DNA of 64,000 nt from a virus. Positions 25,512 to 36,037 of this stretch are shown in pieces; position 1 is the first letter of the stretch, and every line of letters begins with the position of its first letter. The position numbers and the translations under genes are program-made. The DNA lies in the IMG/VR virus record IMGVR_UViG_3300050034_000081, one strand, 5' to 3'. Below the pieces are notes generated by a model. It searched no databases, was not told the DNA's origin, and saw nothing but the letters and a program-made list of their open reading frames with translations.

Positions 25512-26501
25512 ATGTCCTTAGCTTTCTTAGAAACTGGTTTATTATTAGATGCTTCTGGTTTAACTATTGGTGGAAGTAGTAATAATACTCTTACTAGTAA
25601 TTTAACTATAGATCAAAGAAGTACTTCTACCGCTTTAACTTCTTTTACAGTAACGGTATCTGCTAATACTGATACCACTTTACCATTTACGCCAATATTA
25701 GCAACTAGTATAGATGGTAAAGTTTGTGTATTAACTTTAACATTTAATCAACCAATTACTAGTGTTCATTTTGGTAACACCTATACGTTAACCATTACTG
25801 GTGCTGATGCTAGCACTTATACATTGTCAGTAATAGTAAATTATGCAAATAATTATAGTGATACTAATTGGACTAATACTACAAACTCTTCTTTATTAGT
25901 AGCAGACTTAGATAATAAGTCAAGCCTTAGTTCACTTCCTTTAAATAATAAATTAAGATCATTACTTCAATCTGCATTAACAGGTTTAAATCAAGCTTAT
26001 AATTATATTAAATATTATTCATATAAAGAAAAATATCTGAATGATATTATTGATTTTGCTATAGCAGCAGGTTCTAGTTATGAATCATCTACTTCTACAG
26101 TAACTTATAATACTAGCGGTCAAGTAGCAACAATCACTACAACATACGGAAATACTTCTAGACCAAGAACTCAGAATATTATTATTTCCTATACTTATGC
26201 AAATTATACACTAAATAGATTGCAATTAAGAAGTGGAATTTATACAACTTTAACCACAGAAACGGTTAGTTTAATTAGTGGTTTTACAGTAAATGCTATA
26301 GATGGTTCTGGTAATCTTGTTTATAATTTAGGAACAATCACATTAAATAGATCTTTAACTCCTACTATTTATAGTATACCTTATCTTTTAGATTATAATA
26401 GCACTTTATCTTCAGATGTTATAGCTACTGATCCTGATAATATTTTATCTGATTATAAATATTATCAGACAAATACTATAACTGGATGGACAATAGCATG
26501 A
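25512..26501 (+). CDS. Virion structural protein
   Basis: Thr/Ser/Asn-rich, beta-sandwich-like; tail block. Confidence 0.55.
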   Translation: MSLAFLETGLLLDASGLTIGGSSNNTLTSNLTIDQRSTSTALTSFTVTVSANTDTTLPFTPILATSIDGKVCVLTLTFNQPITSVHFGNTYTLTITGADASTYTLSVIVNYANNYSDTNWTNTTNSSLLVADLDNKSSLSSLPLNNKLRSLLQSALTGLNQAYNYIKYYSYKEKYLNDIIDFAIAAGSSYESSTSTVTYNTSGQVATITTTYGNTSRPRTQNIIISYTYANYTLNRLQLRSGIYTTLTTETVSLISGFTVNAIDGSGNLVYNLGTITLNRSLTPTIYSIPYLLDYNSTLSSDVIATDPDNILSDYKYYQTNTITGWTIA

Positions 26502-27487
26502 CAGATATAAAAAGTTTTGATAATAATACATTATATTATAAAGCTATTTACGATGCAGTTAGATTCGTTAATACTTCTGCTGAATCTACATATCTTTTAT
26601 ATGCAGATTTATTATCAAAATTTAATACTTATTCAGTCATTAATCAAGAGACCGATAGTCGTTTATCTCAAATTATAAGTATATCTACAACTTTTGGAAA
26701 TTCAGATACCACAGACACGGAAGTAAGACAATTTGTTTTTAATTCTGGTTGTACATTACAATATTTAAAAACATTACCATTTGATCAATCGGATGGTACT
26801 GAAGTTGTTAATTTCCAGACAATGGTTAATTATTTAAGTAATAGTAATACAGTGTATGCAGGAGATCCTGGTGCAGCGGCAACTATTGGAATTGGTACCG
26901 TAACAACTTTAAGTGCTGGGTCTTCGGTAACAGTTACTAATTCAGGTACTTCGAATGCGGCTGTGTTCAATTTTGCTATTCCTCAAGGTATAAATGGTGC
27001 AGCAGCAACGGTAGCTTTAGGAACTGTAACTACTGGTGCAGCAGGATCTAATGTTATTATTACTAATTCAGGATCTTCTAGTGCAGCAGTATTAAATTTT
27101 ACTATTCCTCAAGGTGCTGCTGGAACTTCTCCATATGCTGGATATATATCAGTTTCAGTAGACGGAACTACAGTAACTACATTATCAACTTCCGGATCTA
27201 CAAGTTGGGTTACTATATTAGGTAATGGAAATATAACTTTCAATAATACGGGAACTTATGAAATAGTAGGTTATTCTTATTATAGTGGTATATATCCAAT
27301 TGCTTATACTGGATATTCTACAATAGTATTTACTTTAAATAGTTTACCTATTTATTCTAATACGATTTTTGATATTACTAGTACTAACGTATCATTAACT
27401 GCAACTAGTAATATTATGGAAGTTGTTGGAAACGACACTCGTACAATAGGATATCCTAGATACATCACAATCAAAAAGCTTGTGTAA
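26498..27487 (+). CDS. Tail fiber-like protein with two TVTT.AGS...TNSG.S.AAV.NF.IPQG repeats
   Basis: Repeat module common in collagen-like phage fibers. Confidence 0.7.
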   Translation: MTDIKSFDNNTLYYKAIYDAVRFVNTSAESTYLLYADLLSKFNTYSVINQETDSRLSQIISISTTFGNSDTTDTEVRQFVFNSGCTLQYLKTLPFDQSDGTEVVNFQTMVNYLSNSNTVYAGDPGAAATIGIGTVTTLSAGSSVTVTNSGTSNAAVFNFAIPQGINGAAATVALGTVTTGAAGSNVIITNSGSSSAAVLNFTIPQGAAGTSPYAGYISVSVDGTTVTTLSTSGSTSWVTILGNGNITFNNTGTYEIVGYSYYSGIYPIAYTGYSTIVFTLNSLPIYSNTIFDITSTNVSLTATSNIMEVVGNDTRTIGYPRYITIKKLV

Positions 27488-27498
27488 GTAAAAATTTA

Positions 27499-27508
27499 GT
27501 GCTACAAT
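27499..27508 (+). promoter_or_regulatory. Class B extended -10 (GTGCTACAAT)
   Basis: Same 10-mer as at 7810 and 50315, 18 nt before the 27526 start. Confidence 0.45.
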
Positions 27509-27525
27509 ATGCTTAGAGCGAAAAC

Positions 27526-28701
27526 ATGGATTTAAAGTCAATATCAGCTATAGAAAAAATTAAGATTGGCGATATAAAATCTGCAATGGATCAATTGCAT
27601 TTTTTATGTAGTCAAGTTTCTAATATTAAAGAAAATATAACAGCTATATATGAAGCCTTAAGTGAGAAAGTAGATCTTACGTCAGCCATGCAAGATGGTT
27701 CTACCGTAGTGACTAAAGTAGGATCTGGTATTATTAGTTCTGTTTCAACTGATGGAGTTACGGTTACTGGAACTGGTACTTTATTTACAGCCGAAACTCA
27801 AACTGGAGACGGAATTAGAATAGGTTCTGAAACTACTTATATTACAGCAGTCACTAGTGATACGGTTATTACAGTAAGTCCAGCATTAACTGGATCTTAC
27901 TCTAATGTTATTTATGCTATAGTAAAAAATGCCACTAAAGAAGTACTAACTGGTGATTTTAATTTTGGTATTTTAAATGGTAATATTTTTAATGGTTCAG
28001 TAATTCAAGGTAGTACATTTCAACATTATGGTAGAATGTCTCAACCAAATGATATTGTAAATATATCATTTGTTCAAAAATCAGTTAATCCAGTAATGGT
28101 ACGAGCCCAGAATGCTATTCAACGTAATGGAGATTCAGTAGCTGGTACCCCTGGATCTGAATATTCATATACTTTTAATTATTTAACATGGGCATTTGGC
28201 GCTAATACAGATGTTAGATATGATGGTATAGTTTCTAATGGCGATAATATTGTAAATGTAAATTATATAACAAATGCTATTGCCATTGCTACTGATAAAT
28301 TTTATGCAAGATTGACAAATAGTACAATATATTTAGATGGATCTATATCAAAAAGTGCTAATTCTGGAGAATATATAACAGTTACTTCAAATGGTTTTGT
28401 GGCCGTTAAAAGTTTCTTAGGTATAGCATTTGGAAGTGTTGGAATTAACTTATCCAAACATTACTCTGGTCTTTTAACTATTAAGGTTAGTATACAGATT
28501 AATTCTATATACATTCAATCTACTCAAATTTCAATAGATACAGATAATACGAATATGACCTTAGAACCTAGAATTCAAGTAAGTTCACCTATTTACGTAA
28601 ATGCTGGTGATATTATAAGTGTTAAATTAGATACAACTAATACTAATCAATATAACGCTCCAGTTTATGATGGTTTTGATTTAGCGGTAGTTTCTCTGTA
28701 A
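27526..28701 (+). CDS. Tail fiber / appendage protein
   Basis: VTVTGTGTLFT...GDGIRIG...ITAVTSDTVITV module seen in phage fibers. Confidence 0.65.
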   Translation: MDLKSISAIEKIKIGDIKSAMDQLHFLCSQVSNIKENITAIYEALSEKVDLTSAMQDGSTVVTKVGSGIISSVSTDGVTVTGTGTLFTAETQTGDGIRIGSETTYITAVTSDTVITVSPALTGSYSNVIYAIVKNATKEVLTGDFNFGILNGNIFNGSVIQGSTFQHYGRMSQPNDIVNISFVQKSVNPVMVRAQNAIQRNGDSVAGTPGSEYSYTFNYLTWAFGANTDVRYDGIVSNGDNIVNVNYITNAIAIATDKFYARLTNSTIYLDGSISKSANSGEYITVTSNGFVAVKSFLGIAFGSVGINLSKHYSGLLTIKVSIQINSIYIQSTQISIDTDNTNMTLEPRIQVSSPIYVNAGDIISVKLDTTNTNQYNAPVYDGFDLAVVSL

Positions 28702-28711
28702 AGGACATAAA

Positions 28712-29638
28712 ATGTTTACTGACCATATTCATGATCAATTAGGTAGATATAGAATTGGTGCTATTAATGAAGCAATGCCAGAGTTTATTAAGGTAGCAGA
28801 AGATAATATTGTATCTGAAAATTTAGAAAAATTAGCAGATGGTTATTTTGCTTACTCTGATGGTATTAATAGATATTTTCCAATTCATACTCCTGAACAT
28901 ACATGGTTTAGTAATGCTTATTTTGAAAAATTTGCACATGAGTTTAATGAACAAGAAATATCTCAAATTAGAGAACGAATTACTGATGCTTATAAAACAT
29001 TCGAATTACCAGAAGTAGAATTTTCAAAAACTGCTTCCGAAGAAGATGATTTAGATGCTTTACATTCTTTATCTATTGAATTAAATAAATTTATTGAAAA
29101 TCACAAACGTTATCCTATTGAGGAACGTAGAGAAAAAGCTAAGGAAATCTTACATCATGCTCATGCTTTAGGAAAACAATCTTCTTTGCATGATTCAGTA
29201 TATAGATATGCTGGCGATCACTTTAAGAAAAATTATGGACATGCATTTGCCGATCGTATGAAATATTTTAAAAGCGATGCTCCAGAACGGACTCACTTAC
29301 TTAAAATGCAGGAAGAATCAGAATCACATATTCCAGAATTAGTAGCTAAAGCTTTAGGTATATTCGATCATAGAACTGGTTTACATAAATTTTATGATAA
29401 CGAATTGGAAGATCCTTACGCTGGTTTATTGACTCCATTTGAAACTAACGCTAATGAAAATGTTAATATTGGAGAAGAATCACTTCCTTTACATAAAATA
29501 AATAAATTTGACTTTAATTCTTTAAAAGATATTCTTGAAGATAAAGTCTTGGACAAATTAAAGAGTAATCCAGTGGATGCTTTACGTGAAATTAATCCTA
29601 ACATTCGTGTAATTGTGATTCGTAAGATAAATGAATAA
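28712..29638 (+). CDS. Head-associated protein with K-x-A motifs
   Basis: IKVAE, EKLAD, EKFAH, SKTAS; directly upstream of the portal candidate. Confidence 0.5.
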   Translation: MFTDHIHDQLGRYRIGAINEAMPEFIKVAEDNIVSENLEKLADGYFAYSDGINRYFPIHTPEHTWFSNAYFEKFAHEFNEQEISQIRERITDAYKTFELPEVEFSKTASEEDDLDALHSLSIELNKFIENHKRYPIEERREKAKEILHHAHALGKQSSLHDSVYRYAGDHFKKNYGHAFADRMKYFKSDAPERTHLLKMQEESESHIPELVAKALGIFDHRTGLHKFYDNELEDPYAGLLTPFETNANENVNIGEESLPLHKINKFDFNSLKDILEDKVLDKLKSNPVDALREINPNIRVIVIRKINE

Positions 29639-30059
29639 CTTAGAGAATGACACAATCGTCTTACTTAATGATGGCCGGTTATATGAAAACCAGCTTGAAA
29701 AAATTTTTGCACTTCGAGCACTTAAATCCAACCCTGGAATATTAGGTAATGTATTTACTTTTGAAAAATTAGTTTATGTACTTAATGGATTTAAACCTAA
29801 CGTAGATATCCTTGAACCTTCTACTATACTTCACATAGCTAAAGCTGTTAAACTATTAGGTGAACAGAACTGGCATCGTGAAGTAAAGAAGTATATAGCA
29901 GAAATTGCTTTTGAAGAAGGTTGGTGCCAACTTCCTGATATTTTAAAATTCGCACAAGATGAATTAGATGAAATATCAAACGAAGTTAAATTAGATATAG
30001 ATCAACAAAAAATGCAAGATTTAAAACATAAGGCTGTTGAAAGATATTTAAATGACTAA
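29631..30059 (+). CDS. Hypothetical protein
   Basis: Coupled ORF upstream of the portal candidate. Confidence 0.55.
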   Translation: MNNLENDTIVLLNDGRLYENQLEKIFALRALKSNPGILGNVFTFEKLVYVLNGFKPNVDILEPSTILHIAKAVKLLGEQNWHREVKKYIAEIAFEEGWCQLPDILKFAQDELDEISNEVKLDIDQQKMQDLKHKAVERYLND

Positions 30060-31875
30060 TGTATCTACAACATCAGTAGTAGCACCGGAGACTGGTCGTC
30101 GTTATCCAATGAACGGCTTGCAGTATCCTCAAAGATTTTATAATTTATTACATCTTCAAAGACCAAAGACTTTAAATGAAATTTTTAAATGGGCTATTGT
30201 TTTAAACGAATCTTCTGGTCTTTTAGATCGTATTACCGATACTATGTCACGATATCCTATTACTCCCGTGGTAGTAGATAATGATATTGGAGAAGATAAA
30301 AATTATTGGTCTAAATTACTTAATGATGAATTATGTATTCAAGATGAATTAGTTAAAAATGGAAAAGATTATTATACTTTTGGAAATGCTATAGTATCTA
30401 TAGTTCCTCCATTTAAACGTTATTTAGCTTGTCCTGATTGTAATACTTATAAAGCACATTGTATTACTGATGAAGATCGTAAATTTGAATGGCAATTTAG
30501 GGATTATAAATTTCTAGCTAAATGTTCTAATAAAAATTGTAAATTTCAAGGTGTAATGAAGGTTAAAGATGAATTGTTAGAAGGCGATGAATTCATTAAA
30601 AATATTAGAATTCAGAGATGGCCTGTTCAGTTTATTAAAGTAAGAGATTTAGGTATTGCTGGTAAAAAGAAAATTTATTATCGTATCGAAGATAAATATT
30701 CTAAACCAATTATGAAGGGTGATAAATTTGTAGTAGCTAATGTTCCAGAAACTTTCATATTAGCTTGCAAACAAAATCCAATTAATCCAGTAATAGAATT
30801 ACCTGCTGAATTAACTTTTCATTATCAGCATGAAGGCATTACAGAACCAGAATGGGAAGGATTATCAAAACCATTTTTCTTCTCAGCATGGAACGATTTA
30901 TTTATGAGTTTTATTTTACGTAAGGCTCAGGAATGTATTGCTTCAGATCATTTTCTTCCTAATAGATTTATATTTCCAACGTCGTCTAGTGGCACTGATC
31001 CGTTAAGTAAAATTGATGGTGCTGCATGGATGGGTATTGTAGCTACTCAATTAAAGAGACAGCAAAATGATCCCAATGAAATTGGAGTTGTTCCTTTTCC
31101 TGTTGGCTATCAGGCTTTGGGTGGCCAAGGAAAAGCTATGTCTTTACGGGAAGAAATTGAATTACAAGATCGTAGAATTCTTACTCAATTAGGAATTCCA
31201 CCAGAATTAATTTATGGTGGTATGACTTGGAGCGGATCTAATATTTCTTTACGTATGTTAGAGAATTTATTTTTATATTATATTAATAAACAAAATACAT
31301 TTATTAGATTTTTAGTACGTTATTTAGCACGTATGACCAATAAGCAAGCTCCAAGTAGTGTTAAACTTAAACCATTTAAAATGGCTGATGATATTCAGCA
31401 AATTCAAATGCTTTCAAATCTTGGTGCGCAGGGTCGTATTAGTGAAAGTACAGCTTTGGCTCAAGTTGGTATTAATATTGCCGATGAAGCTAAGCAAATG
31501 GAAGATGATAAACCCTTCCTTGAGAGAATTCAAGCAGCTAGACAATTGGCTGCTGCTGAAGTTAATAAAGAAGTTTCTCAAGTTACTAATGAAGGTCAAG
31601 TTGATGTTAATTTAAGAACACAATTATTACAAGGTCAAGAAACTCAATCTGCTCAATCTAATATAGGTGATGGATTTATAGCTACAACTACTCGTGGATT
31701 TGTGAATAAATTTAAAGATTTATCTTATGCTGATAGACAAAAAGAATTAAGAAATTTACAAGCTAAAGATCCTGAAGTTTATATGAAAGTTATGGCAGAA
31801 TTAAATGGAGTTTCGGCAGATCCATTACCAGAAGTAAAAGGACCAAGATCTACTCCTGATAAGGCAAAAGTATGA
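30052..31875 (+). CDS. Portal protein
   Basis: 607 aa; helical core with YQALGGQGK, ILTQLGIPPELIYGG, ISESTAL motifs; followed by neck, sheath and tube genes (inference). Confidence 0.7.
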   Translation: MTNVSTTSVVAPETGRRYPMNGLQYPQRFYNLLHLQRPKTLNEIFKWAIVLNESSGLLDRITDTMSRYPITPVVVDNDIGEDKNYWSKLLNDELCIQDELVKNGKDYYTFGNAIVSIVPPFKRYLACPDCNTYKAHCITDEDRKFEWQFRDYKFLAKCSNKNCKFQGVMKVKDELLEGDEFIKNIRIQRWPVQFIKVRDLGIAGKKKIYYRIEDKYSKPIMKGDKFVVANVPETFILACKQNPINPVIELPAELTFHYQHEGITEPEWEGLSKPFFFSAWNDLFMSFILRKAQECIASDHFLPNRFIFPTSSSGTDPLSKIDGAAWMGIVATQLKRQQNDPNEIGVVPFPVGYQALGGQGKAMSLREEIELQDRRILTQLGIPPELIYGGMTWSGSNISLRMLENLFLYYINKQNTFIRFLVRYLARMTNKQAPSSVKLKPFKMADDIQQIQMLSNLGAQGRISESTALAQVGINIADEAKQMEDDKPFLERIQAARQLAAAEVNKEVSQVTNEGQVDVNLRTQLLQGQETQSAQSNIGDGFIATTTRGFVNKFKDLSYADRQKELRNLQAKDPEVYMKVMAELNGVSADPLPEVKGPRSTPDKAKV

Positions 31876-32699
31876 GTTTAATAAAATTAGCTTTTAATCC
31901 GGGTAGCTTACTTCCTAGCTTTTATAGTATGAGAGCAGCTAGATCTGGTAATCCATTAAAATTTATGATGTCAAGGACTAATGGACTTGTTAGAAAAAAT
32001 ATAATTCAAAGATCAGCATTGGCAGGATTGGCTCAAGCTGAGGCTAATGTAAGAAAAGGATTGGTACAAGATTCCACTACTTTACGCGGTGCTTTTATAG
32101 ATGGCGTATTACTCGGACAATTTGGGCGTATGGGAATTAATGCTTTAGAAGATATTCATAATGTTCCTACAGGAACTAATAAGGTATTTAAAAATATATT
32201 AAAACATTCAATTTCGGATGATGGTCAATATAAAATTAACAATATCGAGGGAATGTTAAATTTAGCTAATAATACTCATAAGGTTTTAGGCATAGCAAAA
32301 AAAGTTCCAACTGCACATTTAGGAACTATTAGTGGTGCCGCCATTGGCTATACTCAAGGCGATAATGAAAAAGAGAAATTAAAGGGAATGGCTAAAGGTG
32401 GATTAATTGGTGGAGCGTTAGGTGGTTCAGTTAAGAAAATGATGAATTTTACTCATAGTAAATTATCTATGATACCCAAAATTCATAAAGAATATTTTAA
32501 AGATAATTATTGGAGATCTCAGTTAGAAGCTGCCAATAAACCTTTTTACAATAAATTAATTGGAAAACATATATTAGCAGATCGTTTAATGTCTACTCCA
32601 GAAGCAAGAGCGCGCCGTATTACTAGATTTGATAATTTTCAAAAATTAATGCATACTGATGTAAGGGATTTAAATCCATGGAAAAAACGCCAGTCGTAA
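31872..32699 (+). CDS. MSLIKLA-leader basic glycine-zipper protein
   Basis: Starts MSLIKLAF; GTISGAAIG...AKGGLIGGALGG. Confidence 0.65.
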   Translation: MSLIKLAFNPGSLLPSFYSMRAARSGNPLKFMMSRTNGLVRKNIIQRSALAGLAQAEANVRKGLVQDSTTLRGAFIDGVLLGQFGRMGINALEDIHNVPTGTNKVFKNILKHSISDDGQYKINNIEGMLNLANNTHKVLGIAKKVPTAHLGTISGAAIGYTQGDNEKEKLKGMAKGGLIGGALGGSVKKMMNFTHSKLSMIPKIHKEYFKDNYWRSQLEAANKPFYNKLIGKHILADRLMSTPEARARRITRFDNFQKLMHTDVRDLNPWKKRQS

Positions 32700-33136
32700 A
32701 ATCTCATTCCGAATATTTTGAATTAACTAATACTGATGAATTAGGTGAATATGTATTACTTTTAGATAAGATTGCTAATAATAATCATAAATATCATATA
32801 GTTGATAATGATATTAGATTAGATATGTTTGGCAATCCTTTTATTATTTTTCAGTATAGCGATATTACTGATTTAGAAGAAAAGAAATTAAAAAAGAAAT
32901 TTAGTTTTTTTGGTGAGATTATTTCTAGAATTCACTTAGACGAATATGATGATTTAATAAATAAGGATTGGGCTAAAGAAATTAAGTTATGTTATATTGG
33001 AGAATTTACAACTAAAGATAAAGAAAATCCAATGTTTTATCGTATAGTCATTTATTATAAAATAAATGATAAGAATGTATTAGATGGTTCTTTATTAAAT
33101 CAATATATGCCTAACGATAAGAATGTAAAGAAATAG
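32678..33136 (+). CDS. Hypothetical protein
   Basis: ORF in structural operon. Confidence 0.55.
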   Translation: MEKTPVVKSHSEYFELTNTDELGEYVLLLDKIANNNHKYHIVDNDIRLDMFGNPFIIFQYSDITDLEEKKLKKKFSFFGEIISRIHLDEYDDLINKDWAKEIKLCYIGEFTTKDKENPMFYRIVIYYKINDKNVLDGSLLNQYMPNDKNVKK

Positions 33137-33145
33137 GAGAATGAA

Positions 33146-33610
33146 ATGTCGTCATTGTCAGATCTAAGATTAAAAGCTGGTCAGAATAAAATTACAGAAC
33201 GTGACCAAGAATTAATGAAGAAGTTTACAGAAAATCCAATTGATTCAAATAGTATGCCAGAATTATTTTCAGATCAAATGACTTGTTTTTTATTTGAATC
33301 AGTAATCAGACCATTGGATAATGCTTTGGTTATTCATTTAAAACATCTTCCTCCTGCGTTTCGTAATCCTAGATTTTTTGATTTTGCTACAGAATTTATC
33401 AGAGATCGTATTGGTAAATTCGAATCACTTAATGCAAGTTTTATTGGTGAACTAGATTCAGCTAATAAACTTAATAGTTTAGATTTAATGTTTACTAAGT
33501 ATTATCCAGCTTTAATGGGTGATATGGATTTTATTAAGCAACATACTGCTAAAGTTGGAAAGCAGTTGAATGATCTTTTAGTAAGAGAATTAGATGCTCA
33601 TATATCTTGA
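33146..33610 (+). CDS. Hypothetical protein
   Basis: AGGAG RBS. Confidence 0.6.
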   Translation: MSSLSDLRLKAGQNKITERDQELMKKFTENPIDSNSMPELFSDQMTCFLFESVIRPLDNALVIHLKHLPPAFRNPRFFDFATEFIRDRIGKFESLNASFIGELDSANKLNSLDLMFTKYYPALMGDMDFIKQHTAKVGKQLNDLLVRELDAHIS

Positions 33611-34424
33611 ATGCAAAAATTTAACATATGCAGCAACAACTCTTTATTGGAATATAGAACCAGAGAGTAAGGAAACCGTATCTCATTTTGGATATATAGT
33701 TCAGATTTCGGAAGGCGAATTAGGTCCATGGACTGATTTATATACAGATCCAATTTATGCTTTTGGATTTGTAGACACAGTAACGCAAAGAGGTATGATA
33801 GATCAAAGAATTTTTTATAGAGTAAAAGCGGTAGATATAGATTCAGATGCTGTATTTTATTCTGATAATCTTTGTTTATTTAATGAAGCTGATAATTTTA
33901 TTAGCGATTACATTTCTGAACAAGAAATATTATATTTAAAAAGATTTGGTCAAGAATGTTTACATTTTGCTAGAAGAAAATTTGGTGATCGTTGTACTTT
34001 ATGCTATGATAAAGTTCAGAAAAAATCAATTCTTCCAAAATGTCCTGTTTGTTTCGGTACAACGTTTGTTGGAGGTTATTTTGCTCCAGTAAAAATATAT
34101 ATAAATACCGATCAGCAACCAATTCAAATAGATAAAACCGATTATGGAGTATCTGAAGCTGTAGCTTTATCGGCATGGACATCTAACGAAGTATTAATTG
34201 CTGCTGATGATATTTTGGCATTTTTAAAGAAACCTTCTCAGCGATATAAAATTGATAGAATAGTTCCTACATCTATAAGTAGTAATACAGTACGTCAAAT
34301 ATTAAACATGACACAATTAAGAGCAGATAATCCAGCTCAATTACTTCCTATAGATATTACAGCTTATACATTAGATGAATTTAATATCTTTAGAAGAGAC
34401 TGGAGAATCTCCTGTGGATTATAA
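33594..34424 (+). CDS. Neck / head-closure protein
   Basis: FN3-like N-terminus, CTLC...CPVC.GT.FVGGY zinc motif, beta-barrel C-terminus; position before the tail terminator. Confidence 0.6.
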   Translation: MLIYLECKNLTYAATTLYWNIEPESKETVSHFGYIVQISEGELGPWTDLYTDPIYAFGFVDTVTQRGMIDQRIFYRVKAVDIDSDAVFYSDNLCLFNEADNFISDYISEQEILYLKRFGQECLHFARRKFGDRCTLCYDKVQKKSILPKCPVCFGTTFVGGYFAPVKIYINTDQQPIQIDKTDYGVSEAVALSAWTSNEVLIAADDILAFLKKPSQRYKIDRIVPTSISSNTVRQILNMTQLRADNPAQLLPIDITAYTLDEFNIFRRDWRISCGL

Positions 34425-35043
34425 ACAATTTTTATATAGTAAGAATTTTAATCCGGGTTATTATGGTGTAACTGCTACTATTCTTTATTTACAAGAGATG
34501 TTTTCTATAAATAAAGATTTAGGTTATATATTATATAGTGACGATACCAATAAAGAAGAGTCATATCAATCTTTATGGATTGGAACTAAATTTCAATGGG
34601 AAGAAAAATATAGAAATAAAAGACCAGCAGCATTAATATATAGAGGAAATTTAATAAATGGAGCAAATGGTACTTTGGGTCAAGGTAGAGTTTTTTCGGT
34701 AAGTAGAACTAATGAAAAAACTGCATATAAGGATTATGTTTCTTTCCCAATTGTGGTAGAATGTATATCAGAGAGTGATTTGGAAGCAGAAGCTTTAAGT
34801 GCAATGGTAACTTCTTTTATTTCTTTAGATCTTAGATCTTATAGAGATTTGGGACTTCAAGTGCAGGGAACTGTAACAAATACTGCACCGCAAATATTTG
34901 AGAAGGGTAACACATCTTTTACAGCTTCTACTATATTACAGATTCAAATGGAAAGATCTTACATTGCTAGATTGCTGAGTAAAGATAAATTAACTAACAT
35001 TCAACTTAAACTTAATGGCTCAACTGCTTTAAATATTGAATAG
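34414..35043 (+). CDS. Tail terminator / completion protein
   Basis: KRPAALIYRG...VVECISESDLEAEALS pattern; immediately before the sheath; GTG 34414 after GGAGA. Confidence 0.55.
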   Translation: MDYKQFLYSKNFNPGYYGVTATILYLQEMFSINKDLGYILYSDDTNKEESYQSLWIGTKFQWEEKYRNKRPAALIYRGNLINGANGTLGQGRVFSVSRTNEKTAYKDYVSFPIVVECISESDLEAEALSAMVTSFISLDLRSYRDLGLQVQGTVTNTAPQIFEKGNTSFTASTILQIQMERSYIARLLSKDKLTNIQLKLNGSTALNIE

Positions 35044-35052
35044 GATTTTAAT

Positions 35053-36021
35053 ATGACTTATACATTACCCGGCGTTTCTGTTACTCAGATTTTACTTCGT
35101 TCTAGTCAGAATCTGGCTAATAGTTCTATGTTACCTTGTTTCGTTGGATCAATTAATCAGGTAGTAACTAACTCACCTATTAATTTAACTTTTCCAATAA
35201 CTAGTGCAACTATAGTTTATCCAGGGTTAGCTTTATCTGCTATTATTAAAACTTCCAGTATTGCAATTACTATCAATAATGCATATGTGCAGATCGGAAC
35301 AAGTGCCGTTACTGGATCGGCCTTAGTTGCTAGTGGAAATATTATTCAGGGAACGACAGGTTCGTTCTTAAATGCCGTAGCTGGTGATTCCATCATATTT
35401 AATACTCTTACTCATGGTAGTTATACAATTAAATCAATCAATGGCGATGTGGCTACTATTAATGAAATTATTTCATATCCCGCTGCAATAGCTGATGCCT
35501 TTACAATTCAAAGAAGTGTTGGAAATGTAACTGCTATAATTGGAGGAGCTTCTTATGCCTCATCTTCATTTACTTTTACTTCTCTTGAATATGGTACTTA
35601 TAATATTATAGCTGGAACACCTTATATTTCTTATATAGCCCTTAGAAAAGATCTTACTGGTTTTTACGATGTAACTAATCTTGATGATTTAAAAGTAGAT
35701 ATGGATGTAACGATTAGTAATCCATTGGGTTTCTATTTAGGAACCGTTGCTCCTACCGCTAATGGTGGATCAGAAACTTTAGCTTATATCTTAACTGACG
35801 AAACTGACACTTCTTACATAACGGCATTAAGTGACTTATCTACTAGACAGGATATCTATTTACTAGTTCCTTTAAGTAATAGTACAAATGTAGCAGAAGC
35901 CTATGCCGCTCATGTTACTACAATGTCAGAACCAGCTTCTAGTTATTTTAGAGCGACCTTACTTAATGCAACTTTACCAGTATCTTCTATATTGGTTTCA
36001 GAAACTTATACTCATAGCTAA
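35053..36021 (+). CDS. Tail sheath protein, N-terminal half
   Basis: Starts MTYTLPGVSVTQ (sheath-type PGVxV) and ends in the YITALSDL..QDIYLLVPL sheath subdomain. Confidence 0.65.
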   Translation: MTYTLPGVSVTQILLRSSQNLANSSMLPCFVGSINQVVTNSPINLTFPITSATIVYPGLALSAIIKTSSIAITINNAYVQIGTSAVTGSALVASGNIIQGTTGSFLNAVAGDSIIFNTLTHGSYTIKSINGDVATINEIISYPAAIADAFTIQRSVGNVTAIIGGASYASSSFTFTSLEYGTYNIIAGTPYISYIALRKDLTGFYDVTNLDDLKVDMDVTISNPLGFYLGTVAPTANGGSETLAYILTDETDTSYITALSDLSTRQDIYLLVPLSNSTNVAEAYAAHVTTMSEPASSYFRATLLNATLPVSSILVSETYTHS

Positions 36022-36037
36022 ATTAGGAGATACATAA

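Noticed and set aside
25462-25521. Alternative frame MYTEIDDKSDYYVEIEVCP suggesting a +1 frameshift at the end of 25098-25484
   Set aside because: No recognisable slippery site; it may be a chance 19-codon ORF. Homologue C-termini would be needed to revive the idea.
20670-28701. Diversity-generating retroelement acting on tail fibers
   Set aside because: No reverse transcriptase and no near-identical template/variable repeat pair differing at adenines was seen; the internal repeats are ordinary fiber modules.
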